Source of the DNA: Rhodoluna sp.
Lineage (GTDB): Bacteria; Actinomycetota; Actinomycetes; Actinomycetales; Microbacteriaceae
DNA length: 64,000 nucleotides
Assembly (NCBI GenBank): GCA_030832065.1
Contig: JAURJV010000058.1
Span: 6,697 to 70,696, forward strand
Direction: 5' to 3'
Under the pieces are notes generated by a model. The model was not told the origin of the DNA. It saw only the letters and a program-made list of their open reading frames with translations, and searched no databases. Both the position numbers and the translations under genes were made by a program. Below, piece after piece: positions 17,500 through 27,864 of this stretch. Every line of letters starts with the position of its first letter. Position 1 is the stretch's first letter.

Positions 17500-18087
17500 T
17501 CAGTGAATAACCAAGTTGCTCAGCAGTGCAAGTGTGCTGAGAATGAGCACGGCAATGGACAGCCAGTTAGTGGTCTTAGTCAGACCCTCGACAGCTGTGC
17601 CTTTGGCGATAGCTCGTTCACTGTGTCTTGTTGCCAAGGCGAAAGCAGTTCCGCTAGCACTGATCTGTTCTCTCGGGTCGGGGCTGACCAGAACCTTGTT
17701 AACGCCCATACCTCTGAAATCAGTTCTGCGGATGCGTCTGGCATTAAGAGCGCTTGGAGCGGGAGCTGCCCATGCGGAGAACTTAGCGGTCTCGGTCACA
17801 ACGGTGAAGGAGTATCTGGTGGTCAGTTCCATGGAACTCAACCAGCCGACAACGATGGTGCTGAACGGGTTGTGAATGGCGACACCTTCGGTAGTGAAAA
17901 CTACCTTGGGGCCAACCAAGAAAACCCAAGCTATTCCAGCCAAAGCTGCTGTGTTGAGGACACTAACTGCTGCATCGGTGAATCTTCCAGCGACGTAAAA
18001 GCCTCCGGCAGCCAAGACACCAATAAGTATCAAGATGCTCAAGTAAACCCAACTGGTTCTAGGGCGGTAAATGTAAGTTTCGGGCAT
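17500..18087 (-). CDS. Membrane protein with a bacterial PH domain
   Basis: Two N-terminal TMs, then PKVVFTTEGVAIHNPFSTIVVGW and FSAWAAP (bPH pattern), then a C-terminal TM. Confidence 0.7.
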   Translation of the reverse strand: MPETYIYRPRTSWVYLSILILIGVLAAGGFYVAGRFTDAAVSVLNTAALAGIAWVFLVGPKVVFTTEGVAIHNPFSTIVVGWLSSMELTTRYSFTVVTETAKFSAWAAPAPSALNARRIRRTDFRGMGVNKVLVSPDPREQISASGTAFALATRHSERAIAKGTAVEGLTKTTNWLSIAVLILSTLALLSNLVIH

Positions 18088-18158
18088 GTTCCTAATGCTA
18101 CCTCAGCCAAATCTGAAATTTTAAATGACTTACTTGCTAAGAAAGGTAATTAAGCAAA

Positions 18159-19817
18159 ATGGCAACTAAAGATCCAATTCTAAAAGTCAAAGACTTCAAC
18201 GTAGAGTTCTGGGTGGACGGTGTCTGGTATCCAGCCGCCATCAACATGAACTTCGAAGTCGCTGCCGGTGAAGTTCTAGCCATCGTTGGTGAGTCTGGTT
18301 CTGGTAAATCGACCACCGCTATGGGTCTGATGGGTCTTCTTGCAGACAACGCCCGCACTTCGGGTAGCGTTCTGGTCAAGGGAACTGAGATGCTTAATCA
18401 GCCACTTTCGACTATCCGAAAGTTTCGCGGTAAAGAGGTTGCCTACATCTTCCAGGAGCCAATGACCGCATTGAACCCTGTTTACACAGTCGGATTCCAA
18501 ATTGTTGAGGTGTTGCGTAACCACTTCGAAATGGGACCTCAGGTTGCCAAGCAGAGAGCTATTGAACTGCTAACCATGGTTGAAATTCCTGAACCTGAGC
18601 GTAGCTTCGACAAGTATCCTCACCAGCTATCTGGTGGTCAGCGCCAAAGAGCGATGATTGCTCAGTCCCTAGCTTGTGACCCAGCCTTGCTTATCGCTGA
18701 TGAGCCAACTACTGCTCTTGACGTTACCGTTCAGGCTGAAATTCTTGACCTGATGCGCAACCTAAAGGACAAGTTGAACTCAGCTGTTCTTCTGATCACC
18801 CACGACATGGGTGTTGTTGCCGACCTGTCAGACCGCATCTTGGTTATGAAGGATGGTCTAACCGTCGAAGAGAACACTTCCGACATCATCTTCAACAAAC
18901 CAAAGCACCCATACACCCAGTCACTTTTGGCTTCTGTTCCAAAACTGGGCTCAATTAAAGCTAGGTCGCTTGCAGCTGCTTCAGTGAAGGCCGAGCCAGT
19001 GCTAGAAGTTCAAGACCTTGTTATTGAATACCCTAAGAGTGGTCGCATCCCAGCGTTCCGCGCTGTTGACGGCGTCACATTCTCGATTCAGCCTGGTGAA
19101 ATCCTAGGTTTGGTTGGCGAGTCTGGTTCAGGTAAGACAACTGTTGGTCGTGCCACAATCGGTCTGCTTCCAGTTCACGAGGGTTCAATCAAGATCCTCG
19201 GTGAGGAAATTGCTGGTGCGAAGATGCGCGATCTGAAGAAGATCCGCCAGCACACCGGTATCGTCTTCCAGGACCCAGCTTCTTCGTTGAACCCACGTCT
19301 ACCTATCGGTGAGTCAATTGGTGAGCCAATCTACCTAGCTGGTCTAGCCAAGGGCGATGAGTTGAACACCAAGGTTGAGGACCTGCTGGACTCGGTTGAA
19401 CTTCCTCGTTCATACCGCAACCGTTACCCTCACGAACTCTCTGGTGGACAGAAGCAGCGTGTTGGTATCGCTCGTGCGCTAGCGCTGTCGCCAAACCTAC
19501 TGATCGCTGATGAGCCTACTTCTGCTCTTGACGTTTCTGTTCAGGCTAGATTCCTAGACCTGCTGCAGGAACTTCAGGACCGCTTGAAGTTTGCTTGTTT
19601 GTTCATCACTCACGACATCGGTGTGGTTGACATTTTGGCTCACCGTATTGCGGTTATGCAGTATGGAAAGCTGGTTGAGATTGGCCCACGCGACCAGATA
19701 TTGAACAAGCCTAAAGAGCTATACACGAAGACCCTGCTGGCCGCTGTTCCAGTTCCAGACCCTAAGGAACAGAAGAAGCGCCGTGAGGCCCGTGCAAGGC
19801 TGCTAGCCGGCATTTAA
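18159..19817 (+). CDS. Oligopeptide ABC transporter fused ATPase (OppD-OppF)
   Basis: Two GESGSGK Walker A motifs, two YPHxLSGGQ signatures, HPYT motif. Confidence 0.93.
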   Translation: MATKDPILKVKDFNVEFWVDGVWYPAAINMNFEVAAGEVLAIVGESGSGKSTTAMGLMGLLADNARTSGSVLVKGTEMLNQPLSTIRKFRGKEVAYIFQEPMTALNPVYTVGFQIVEVLRNHFEMGPQVAKQRAIELLTMVEIPEPERSFDKYPHQLSGGQRQRAMIAQSLACDPALLIADEPTTALDVTVQAEILDLMRNLKDKLNSAVLLITHDMGVVADLSDRILVMKDGLTVEENTSDIIFNKPKHPYTQSLLASVPKLGSIKARSLAAASVKAEPVLEVQDLVIEYPKSGRIPAFRAVDGVTFSIQPGEILGLVGESGSGKTTVGRATIGLLPVHEGSIKILGEEIAGAKMRDLKKIRQHTGIVFQDPASSLNPRLPIGESIGEPIYLAGLAKGDELNTKVEDLLDSVELPRSYRNRYPHELSGGQKQRVGIARALALSPNLLIADEPTSALDVSVQARFLDLLQELQDRLKFACLFITHDIGVVDILAHRIAVMQYGKLVEIGPRDQILNKPKELYTKTLLAAVPVPDPKEQKKRREARARLLAGI

Positions 19818-19827
19818 TTTACTTACC

Positions 19828-19862
19828 CTAACCGAGGTGGGATTTAATCTCACCTCGGTTAG
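19828..19862. terminator. Inverted repeat between the opp ATPase and typA
   Basis: ctaaccgaggtgggat / atctcacctcggttag stem; its right arm overlaps a TAGACT -10. Confidence 0.65.
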
Positions 19863-19933
19863 ACTTTAACCGGTTCAATCGAACCCAACACCTGTAAACC
19901 TTTTGCTGGTGAATCATGCCCTAAGGACCCTAA

Positions 19934-21847
19934 ATGGCCCAAGTTTCAAGAGATGACATCCGTAACGTTGCCATCGTCGCCCACGTTGACCACGGTAAGA
20001 CCACTTTGGTCGATGCCATGCTTCGACAGACTGGCTCCTTTGGTGAGCACGCTAACCTAGGCGAGCGAATTATGGACTCGGGAGACTTAGAGCGCGAAAA
20101 GGGCATCACCATCCTGGCCAAGAACACTGCCATTTCCTACAAGGGCCCAAGCTCTAATGAAAAAGAGATCACCATCAACGTCATCGACACCCCTGGTCAC
20201 GCCGACTTTGGTGGGGAGGTAGAACGCGGCCTTTCTATGGTCGATGGTGTTGTCTTGCTGGTTGATGCCAGTGAAGGACCGCTTCCGCAAACCCGTTTCG
20301 TGCTGCGTAAAGCGTTGGAAGCAAACCTTACAGTTATCCTCTTGGTCAACAAGACTGATCGACCTGATGCTCGCATTGACGAGGTAGTTGAAGAAACCCA
20401 TGACCTGCTGCTTGGCCTAGCCAGCGACATCCACGAGGATGTTCCTGACCTAGATGTCGATGCAATTTTGGATTTACCAGTTATCTATGCCTCCGGTCGA
20501 GCTGGTCGAGCCTCACTCAACAAGCCAGCTGATGGCTCGCTGCCGGACAATGAAGATCTGGAACCGCTCTTTGCTGCCATCATGAAACACATTCCAGCTC
20601 CAACCTACGATGACGAAGCTCCGTTGCAAGCCCACGTCACGAACCTGGATGCTTCCCCATTCTTGGGCCGTCTAGCACTACTGCGTATCTTCAACGGAAC
20701 CATTAAGAAGGGCCAGCAGGTCGCCTGGGTGCGCCACGATGGCACCACTCAAAACGTCAAAGTTACCGAACTGCTTAAGACCAAAGCACTTGATCGTTTC
20801 CCAACTGATTCGGCAACCGCAGGTGACATTGTTGCCGTTGCCGGCATTGAAGAAATCACCATTGGTGAAACTTTGGCTGATCCAAACGATATTCGACCAC
20901 TACCGCTAATCAAGGTTGATGACCCCGCAATTTCGATGACCATTGGAATCAACACCTCACCAATGGCTGGCCGAGTCAAAGGTGCGAAAGTGACCGCGCG
21001 TTTGGTGAAAGATCGCTTAGACCGTGAACTCATCGGTAACGTCTCCATCAAGGTTTTGCCAACCGAACGTCCTGACGCTTGGGAGGTTCAGGGACGCGGT
21101 GAGCTCGCGCTAGCCATCCTGGTTGAGCAGATGCGCCGAGAAGGCTATGAACTTACTGTCGGTAAACCGCAGGTGGTTACTAAGAAGATTGATGGCAAAT
21201 TACACGAACCGGTAGAAGATCTAACCATCGACGTGCCTGAAGAGTTTCTCGGCGCTATGACTCAGCTGCTAGCTGCGCGTAAGGGTCGGATGAAGAACAT
21301 GATTAACCATTCAACCGGATGGGTTCGAATGGAATTCTTGGTGCCATCTCGTGGGCTAATTGGTTTTAGAACTGAGTTTCTGACCACCACCAAGGGAACT
21401 GGTATCGCCAACGCTATCTCGGCCGGCTATGAGCCTTGGGCTGGAGAGATTATCACTAGGACCAACGGATCCTTGGTGGCCGACCGAGCAGGGGTTGCCA
21501 CCCCGTTTGCCATGATTGCCTTGCAGGAGCGCGGTTCGTTCTTTGTTGAACCAACCTCAGAGGTATACACCGGAATGGTGGTTGGCGAGAACTCTCGTGC
21601 CGATGACATGGATGTAAATATCACTAAGGAAAAGAAGCTCACCAACATGCGTGCATCTTCTTCAGATGAGTTCCAGGCGCTTACCCCACCCAGAAAACTT
21701 TCGCTTGAGGAATGCCTTGAGTTTGCTCGTGAAGATGAATGTGTTGAGGTTACTCCAGAAGCCACAAGGATTCGCAAAGTTGAACTTGATCCGAACCTGA
21801 GGGCAAGATCACTTGCCGCCAAGAAACGGGCAAACGAGAACGCTTAG
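19934..21847 (+). CDS. typA: Translational GTPase TypA/BipA
   Basis: [45 protein letters not shown] motifs. Confidence 0.98.
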   Translation: MAQVSRDDIRNVAIVAHVDHGKTTLVDAMLRQTGSFGEHANLGERIMDSGDLEREKGITILAKNTAISYKGPSSNEKEITINVIDTPGHADFGGEVERGLSMVDGVVLLVDASEGPLPQTRFVLRKALEANLTVILLVNKTDRPDARIDEVVEETHDLLLGLASDIHEDVPDLDVDAILDLPVIYASGRAGRASLNKPADGSLPDNEDLEPLFAAIMKHIPAPTYDDEAPLQAHVTNLDASPFLGRLALLRIFNGTIKKGQQVAWVRHDGTTQNVKVTELLKTKALDRFPTDSATAGDIVAVAGIEEITIGETLADPNDIRPLPLIKVDDPAISMTIGINTSPMAGRVKGAKVTARLVKDRLDRELIGNVSIKVLPTERPDAWEVQGRGELALAILVEQMRREGYELTVGKPQVVTKKIDGKLHEPVEDLTIDVPEEFLGAMTQLLAARKGRMKNMINHSTGWVRMEFLVPSRGLIGFRTEFLTTTKGTGIANAISAGYEPWAGEIITRTNGSLVADRAGVATPFAMIALQERGSFFVEPTSEVYTGMVVGENSRADDMDVNITKEKKLTNMRASSSDEFQALTPPRKLSLEECLEFAREDECVEVTPEATRIRKVELDPNLRARSLAAKKRANENA

Positions 21848-22644
21848 TTTTTCTTCTGAGGCTTTAGGTAGAGCCAGCCAACAGTGATTAGGTAACCGAA
21901 CCAGATAATGCTTTCGAGGTAGGAAGGCTTAGATCTGAAGCTTATGGTTCCCCGCAGCAAGGTATCCAACCAACCGTCTTTTTCAATCACACCGGATAGG
22001 TCATAGGTGGTTTCGGTTAGGAATGGAAGTAAGCCGACCTCTTGAAGTTCGTGTATTCCGTAAGCGAAGATTCCAGCCGCCACCACAATCAAGAATGCGC
22101 CGGTGTATTGGAAGAACTTACTCAGATTAAGTTTGAGTGCTCCGCGATAAACCAGGTAACCGGCAACAGCGGCGATGCTCAGACCCAAAGTTGCACCGAG
22201 GATAGGGTTGGTGTCTTCGCCGGTTGCGCGGCTAGCACTCCAGATAAATACTGCGGTTTCAATTCCCTCGCGGATTACAGCGAAGAATGCCACGGCTACC
22301 AGAGTGAAGTTGTTCTGCTTAGCATTGTCAATTTTGCCGTGTAGTTCGGATTTAAGGTTGCGGGACTGACGAGCCATCCAGAAGATCATCCAGGTGACAA
22401 AGATGACAGCAATAATTGAGGCCACGCCAGCGATGATCTCATTGGTTCCCTCCGGCACAACCGCTACAAACTCAGCCAGGGCAACCCCGACACCGATGGA
22501 GACTAGGACTGCTAGGAGGGTTCCCCAGAGAATGTTTGTGGCTGACTTCTTGTTGCCTGTTTTTAGGGCGTAGGCGACTAAAATTCCGACGATTAGGGAA
22601 GCTTCTAGGCCTTCACGGAGACCAATGAGCAGGTTGGCGAACAC
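21844..22644 (-). CDS. efeU: FTR1/EfeU iron permease
   Basis: Two RExxE motifs (LREGLEA, IREGIET) and GIHELQE. Confidence 0.92.
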   Translation of the reverse strand: MFANLLIGLREGLEASLIVGILVAYALKTGNKKSATNILWGTLLAVLVSIGVGVALAEFVAVVPEGTNEIIAGVASIIAVIFVTWMIFWMARQSRNLKSELHGKIDNAKQNNFTLVAVAFFAVIREGIETAVFIWSASRATGEDTNPILGATLGLSIAAVAGYLVYRGALKLNLSKFFQYTGAFLIVVAAGIFAYGIHELQEVGLLPFLTETTYDLSGVIEKDGWLDTLLRGTISFRSKPSYLESIIWFGYLITVGWLYLKPQKKN

Positions 22645-22675
22645 AGATTCCTTTCGCGATGGTTATCAGACCATT

Positions 22676-22694
22676 CGAAGTTAGGGTTACCTAA
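22676..22694 (-). promoter_or_regulatory. IdeR/DtxR iron box upstream of efeU
   Basis: Minus strand TTAGGTAACCCTAACTTCG matches 15/19 positions of TWAGGTWAGSCTWACCTWA, about 30 nt before the start. Confidence 0.7.
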
Positions 22695-22756
22695 CTAAAC
22701 TTAGTGGATAGACTCTTAGCGGTCAAGAGAGGAATAACTGAACTAAGGTTTTTCTT

Positions 22757-23887
22757 ATGGCAAAACAAACTTTCAAAGCGAAACGCATTCTGTTGGTGCA
22801 CGCTCACCCGGATGATGAGAGTTTGCAAACCGCTCACGTGATGGCTGATGCTATCGATCGTGGTGCCGAAGTTTATTTGCTAACACTTACTCGCGGCGAA
22901 CGCGGTAAAGCCAAACTCGAAGAATTGAAATCACTCGAAGCTAACCGAGCTGCCATGGGAACTTTCCGAGCGGGAGAGTTGAAGAACGCTCTGGCTGCCA
23001 TCGGTGTCACCAACTATAAATTTGCTGGAACCAGAGCTTATCTGGATAGCGGGGTTCGGATTGGAAACCTAGGAGTTCCCACAGCACCGCAGCGACTGGA
23101 TGAAATGTCGCTCTCGGCGGTTTCAACACCGGTTGTTGCCGATGACATCTACCAGGTGATGCTTGAATTCAAACCCGATGCCGTAATTACCTACAACGCC
23201 AAAGGCGGTTGGGGTCATCCAGATCACAAGAAATCGCATCAGGCAACAGCGATGGCTATGCGTCGCTATCGAAAAGTGGTTCGAGGTAAGAAGCCGGCCT
23301 TCTGGGTAATCGCGGAACCCGGTGAACGTTTCTCGGTCCAAGTCGGTGGTGAGAAGACCGCTGAAATCAAAAAAGCTGCGCTATCAGCCCACGCATCTCA
23401 GGTGACCATCAAGCGCGATACTTACTCTGTAGCTGACGGAATTGAATTCCGCTTCGACGCTCCAGAGCGGCTAAGACTTGCCAGCCCGAACATTTTGCCC
23501 TGGTTTGCACCAACGGTTAGAGCCCTCTTTGGTTTGCCCCTCGGGCTGCTGCTCGGTTATGCCGGAGCCTACGTCCACCACCTCCAGGCCAACAACGCTA
23601 ATCAGTCTCCGCTCGGCTTGTATTTGGCACTCGGGGCAACTGCTTCGATAGCTTTCGGTCTTCGAACCCTGCGTAATTCCAGAGGAGCGCTCTACCTGTT
23701 GAATGCCGGTATGACAATTTCAATCTGGTGGCTATCCAGAAACGAAACTTGGGGTGCATTTATTCCTGACGATCGCTACGGCAACCGTTACATCATCTTT
23801 GCCATGACTATTTGTGCTGTGGCAGCTGTTTTCCCAAGAATCAATTTGGCTAAATGGCGTGCTAGAACCAATCGAACCCACCTCTAA
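22757..23887 (+). CDS. PIG-L/MshB-family deacetylase fused to a C-terminal 4-TM domain
   Basis: VHAHPDDE, TRGERG, DSG and GHPDH motifs; sits in the usual mshB position before fdxA-dapC; hydrophobic C-terminal third. Confidence 0.8.
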   Translation: MAKQTFKAKRILLVHAHPDDESLQTAHVMADAIDRGAEVYLLTLTRGERGKAKLEELKSLEANRAAMGTFRAGELKNALAAIGVTNYKFAGTRAYLDSGVRIGNLGVPTAPQRLDEMSLSAVSTPVVADDIYQVMLEFKPDAVITYNAKGGWGHPDHKKSHQATAMAMRRYRKVVRGKKPAFWVIAEPGERFSVQVGGEKTAEIKKAALSAHASQVTIKRDTYSVADGIEFRFDAPERLRLASPNILPWFAPTVRALFGLPLGLLLGYAGAYVHHLQANNANQSPLGLYLALGATASIAFGLRTLRNSRGALYLLNAGMTISIWWLSRNETWGAFIPDDRYGNRYIIFAMTICAVAAVFPRINLAKWRARTNRTHL

Positions 23888-23923
23888 AGAGATAATTGAT
23901 TTAGAGAAGTAAAGGATCAAAAG

Positions 23924-24244
23924 TTGACTTACGTTATTGCGCTGCCATGTGTTGATGTCAAGGACAAGGCCTGTATTGCCGAATGTCCGGTGGACTGCAT
24001 CTATGAGGGTGACCGTATGCTCTACATCCACCCCGATGAGTGTGTTGACTGTGGTGCTTGCGAGCCGGTTTGTCCAGTTGAAGCCATTTACTACGAGGAT
24101 GATCTGCCAGCACAGTGGGCCGACTATTACAAAGCAAATGTTGAATTCTTTAGCACCGTTGGTTCCCCAGGTGGCGCTGCCAAAGTTGGTCCAATCCCAG
24201 GCGATCACCCTGTAGTTTCAGTTCTCCCGCCGCAGGCGAACTGA
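23924..24244 (+). CDS. fdxA: 7Fe ferredoxin
   Basis: MTYVIALPCVDVKDKAC...CPVDCIY...CVDCGACEPVCP. Confidence 0.96.
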   Translation: MTYVIALPCVDVKDKACIAECPVDCIYEGDRMLYIHPDECVDCGACEPVCPVEAIYYEDDLPAQWADYYKANVEFFSTVGSPGGAAKVGPIPGDHPVVSVLPPQAN

Positions 24245-24245
24245 C

Positions 24246-25361
24246 ATGTTTCAAGGTTTGCCAGAGTATCCTTGGCAAAAACTTAAGCCTTACGAGCAAA
24301 TAGCTAAAAACCATCCAGCCGGAATAGTTGATCTCTCGGTTGGTTCTCCGGTTGATCCAACTCCAAAAATAATTCAGGATGCACTCAATAACGCGAGCAG
24401 TGCACCGGGTTACCCGAGCACCGCAGGTTCGGTTGAACTTCGTGAGGCTATTGTCGAATGGTTTGGCAGAAGGCGAGGGGTTCAGGGCCTTCCTGTCGAT
24501 CAGGTGATGCCAACTATTGGTTCCAAGGAAATGATTTCCTGGTTACCGCTAATGCTTGGTTTAGGTCCAGGTGATGTCGTTGTTCAGCCCAAGGTTGCCT
24601 ATACCGCGTATGTGGTTGGCGCGGCTTTGTCTGGTGCTGAGATTGTTTCTGAGGATGACCCGGAGAAGTGGCCAAGTAACACCAAATTGATTTGGCTTAA
24701 TTCACCTGGTAACCCTGACGGTAAAGTCCTAGATGTTCCTGAACTTAGAGCAGCTTTGAAGCGAGCTCGGGAACTCGGTGCAGTGCTGGCATCCGATGAG
24801 TGTTATGCGGAACTTGGTTGGGGCAGGTGGGAAGCAGAGCGAATTCCTTCGATCTTGGATCCGAGAGTTTGTGAGGGAGATTTCACAAACCTGCTAGCGC
24901 TCTATTCGCTTAGTAAGCAATCCAACCTGGCTGGCTATCGAGCAGCCTTCGCGGCAGGAGATTTGACTCTTATCAAGGCTCTGGTAAACATCCGAATGCA
25001 CTCTGGCCTCATGATGCCTGCTCCAGTGCAGAAGGCGGTCACGGTTGCTCTGGGTGATGAAGCTCACGTTCGCGAAGAGTGGGAGATTTACCGTAAGCGA
25101 CGTGAAGTGCTACTTGCAGCGGTAAAGGCCTATGGTTTTGAGGTGGCGGATTCGGAGGCGGGTCTCTACATTTGGGCAACTCTAGGTGAAGACTGTTGGG
25201 CGACTGTTCAGCGGATGGCAGAGCTCGGTGTCTTGGTGGTGCCGGGTGAGTTCTATGAAACTTCTGGCAGCGAGTATGTGAGGTTCTCGATCACGGCCAC
25301 CGACGAGAAAATAAACGAGGGTGCCGCAAGGCTAGGTAATGCCCTAGGCTTTAAGAGTTAA
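24246..25361 (+). CDS. dapC: N-succinyldiaminopimelate aminotransferase
   Basis: LPEYPW, DLSVGSPVDP, SDECY, SLSKQSNLAGYR (PLP Lys); follows fdxA. Confidence 0.92.
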   Translation: MFQGLPEYPWQKLKPYEQIAKNHPAGIVDLSVGSPVDPTPKIIQDALNNASSAPGYPSTAGSVELREAIVEWFGRRRGVQGLPVDQVMPTIGSKEMISWLPLMLGLGPGDVVVQPKVAYTAYVVGAALSGAEIVSEDDPEKWPSNTKLIWLNSPGNPDGKVLDVPELRAALKRARELGAVLASDECYAELGWGRWEAERIPSILDPRVCEGDFTNLLALYSLSKQSNLAGYRAAFAAGDLTLIKALVNIRMHSGLMMPAPVQKAVTVALGDEAHVREEWEIYRKRREVLLAAVKAYGFEVADSEAGLYIWATLGEDCWATVQRMAELGVLVVPGEFYETSGSEYVRFSITATDEKINEGAARLGNALGFKS

Positions 25362-25381
25362 AGCAATTCAGGAGAACCCCT

Positions 25382-26662
25382 TTGGCATCTGAAAACGACC
25401 AGAAAGTCACCATTTCTTACCCTGGTGGAACCGCCGATTTCCCTATCTTGAGCTCAGTTGATGGCGACTCGGCTATCGACTTCTCTAAGCTAAACGCCAC
25501 CACGGGACTAAACGCCTACGACATGGGCTTTGTCAACACTGCAAACACTAAGTCAGCAATCACCTACATTGACGGTGACGCCGGTGTTCTTCGCTATCGC
25601 GGTTACCCAATTGAGCAGTTGGCCTCTAAGAAGAGTTTCGTTGAAGTTGCGTACCTATTGATTTACGGTGAATTGCCAACGGCAGATCAACTTGCTAATT
25701 GGGATGACACTTTGCGTCACCACACTCTTATTCACGAAGACCTAAAAAACCTTTTCCACTCAATGCCACAGAACGCTCACCCGATGAGTGTCCTAGCGGC
25801 GGGAGTTTCAGCGCTATCAACTTTCTACCAGGACTCACTGGATCCTCACGATGATGCTCAAGTGGAACTCACCACAGTCAGGTTGCTTGCAAAGTTACCA
25901 ACTCTGGTTGCCTATGCACACAAGAACTCAATCGGTCAGGCACTGCTTTACCCAGATAACTCACTGAGCTACATCGAAAACTTCTTGAGAATGTGCTTCG
26001 GTAACATGGCCGAAGATTACATCCAGAATCCAGTGGTTACTAAAGCTTTAGACACGCTATTTGTCTTGCACGCTGACCACGAACAGAACTGTTCAACTGC
26101 AACGGTAAGACTTGTTGGCTCGTCACAGGCAAACCTGTTCGCATCTGTTTCAGCCGGTGTCAGTGCGCTGTTTGGCCCACTGCACGGTGGTGCTAACGAA
26201 GCTGTCTTGGAAATGCTTAAGGAGATTCGTGAATCAGGTGACGGTGTTAAGAAATACATCGACCGGGTTAAGAACAAAGAAGACGGTGTCAAACTGATGG
26301 GCTTTGGTCACCGCGTCTACAAGAACATGGACCCTAGAGCTCGAATCGTTAAGGAAGCTGCCGATAAGGTTCTAGCCGACTTAGGAGTTTCGGATCCACT
26401 ACTAGACATTGCTAAAGAGCTGGAAGCTGCAGCTCTTGCAGATGAATACTTCATCTCTAGAAAGCTCTACCCGAACGTGGACTTCTACACCGGCGTCATC
26501 TATAAGGCGATGGGCTTCCCCTCTCGCATGTTCACCGCGCTGTTTGCGTTAGGTCGCCTGCCTGGTTGGATCTCACACTGGCGCGAAATGAACCACGATG
26601 CCTCAACCAAGATTGGTCGCCCTCAGCAGCTCTACATCGGATCCCCTGAGAGAAGCATTTAG
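25382..26662 (+). CDS. gltA: Citrate synthase
   Basis: LHADHEQNCST, GPLHGGAN, MGFGHRVYK, YPNVDFY motifs. Confidence 0.97.
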   Translation: MASENDQKVTISYPGGTADFPILSSVDGDSAIDFSKLNATTGLNAYDMGFVNTANTKSAITYIDGDAGVLRYRGYPIEQLASKKSFVEVAYLLIYGELPTADQLANWDDTLRHHTLIHEDLKNLFHSMPQNAHPMSVLAAGVSALSTFYQDSLDPHDDAQVELTTVRLLAKLPTLVAYAHKNSIGQALLYPDNSLSYIENFLRMCFGNMAEDYIQNPVVTKALDTLFVLHADHEQNCSTATVRLVGSSQANLFASVSAGVSALFGPLHGGANEAVLEMLKEIRESGDGVKKYIDRVKNKEDGVKLMGFGHRVYKNMDPRARIVKEAADKVLADLGVSDPLLDIAKELEAAALADEYFISRKLYPNVDFYTGVIYKAMGFPSRMFTALFALGRLPGWISHWREMNHDASTKIGRPQQLYIGSPERSI

Positions 26663-27858
26663 CCGTTTTTGATTATCTTTGACTGCTCTTTATAGACGGT
26701 TGGGAAGAAGATCAAAAAACCGACAAAAGCCAAGATACCTGCGGTAATAAAAACTTCTCTAACGCCGAATAGCCCGATGAGCCCACCGGCTACCGACATC
26801 GAACCAATGCTGGCCACCGAGATTATCGATCCGAAAGCTGCAAAAACTCGACCCTGGACTGCGTGGGGAGTGACCTTAATCATCATTCCAACCCCGTAAC
26901 TGTTGATAGTTGAGTTAGCCATACCAGCGATAAACCAGACCACCATGATGATCCAGTAGTTAGGCGAGAGTCCGACTGCAAGACCGGAGAGTGAGAGTAT
27001 GGCCATACCAAACCCCAAAACCGTCAATTCCATCTTGGGGCTGAGTTTTTTGGTACCAGCATAAAAACTAAACAGCAGGGTTCCAACCGCAAAGCAGGAA
27101 CCAACCACACCGTAGATAAAGCTGTCTGCACCGAGAATGTCGGTTAGCAGGAATATGTCGCCGACATTAACCACACTCATGCAGAGCACCATTGCGAAAA
27201 CCAAGATGATCAGTGAGCGAAGCAGCGGAGTCTTCATGAGGAAGCTAAAGCCCTTGGTTAGTTCGGTTTTCTCGCCAGGTTTAAGTGCCTCAGGTTCGTG
27301 GTTGACCCCAATCACAAAAGGAAGCACTGCAATCAGTGTTGTAAAGATACCGTCGATGATGAAAGTCACTTGGAATCCGGTCTGCTTAATTAGGAAACCA
27401 GCTACAACTGGTCCCAGCAATCCAGCCATTGAGAAGTAGGTCTGAATGGTTCCCATCGCCCTACTGATATCTTCTTTGGTAGCCAGCATGGGAGTTAGTT
27501 TTCCCCAAGTGGGACCAATCACCGAGGCGCAAGTATTTGCTATAAAGAGCAAGGTAAAAATTGCCCAGGTGTCTAATCGTTGTGATTGGGCAAAGACTGC
27601 CGCACCACCGATGATCGAAAGAATCGGGATGACCTGCTTAGTTGAAAAACGGTCAGCTATTGTTCCAGCCAAGGGTGCGAAGATTATTGCCGGAAGAGTA
27701 CCGACAATAAATAGTGCTGCCACGGCACCTGGTCCCATTTCTTTTTCGCGGAAAACCAAGGTGAAAATGGTTAGTTCAGTACCGAGGAGGCTGAAGCCTC
27801 GAGCTATAGCCATGAGTTGGATCTTTGACCACATGGTCTTTTCAGGAGAAATCACCAA
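26659..27858 (-). CDS. MFS transporter
   Basis: About 12 TMs, motif A GTIADRFS, QGRVFA. Confidence 0.88.
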   Translation of the reverse strand: MVISPEKTMWSKIQLMAIARGFSLLGTELTIFTLVFREKEMGPGAVAALFIVGTLPAIIFAPLAGTIADRFSTKQVIPILSIIGGAAVFAQSQRLDTWAIFTLLFIANTCASVIGPTWGKLTPMLATKEDISRAMGTIQTYFSMAGLLGPVVAGFLIKQTGFQVTFIIDGIFTTLIAVLPFVIGVNHEPEALKPGEKTELTKGFSFLMKTPLLRSLIILVFAMVLCMSVVNVGDIFLLTDILGADSFIYGVVGSCFAVGTLLFSFYAGTKKLSPKMELTVLGFGMAILSLSGLAVGLSPNYWIIMVVWFIAGMANSTINSYGVGMMIKVTPHAVQGRVFAAFGSIISVASIGSMSVAGGLIGLFGVREVFITAGILAFVGFLIFFPTVYKEQSKIIKNG

Positions 27859-27864
27859 ATAATC

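Noticed and set aside
17503-18153. 216-aa plus-strand ORF
   Set aside because: Antisense shadow of the PH-domain gene, with no recognisable motifs.
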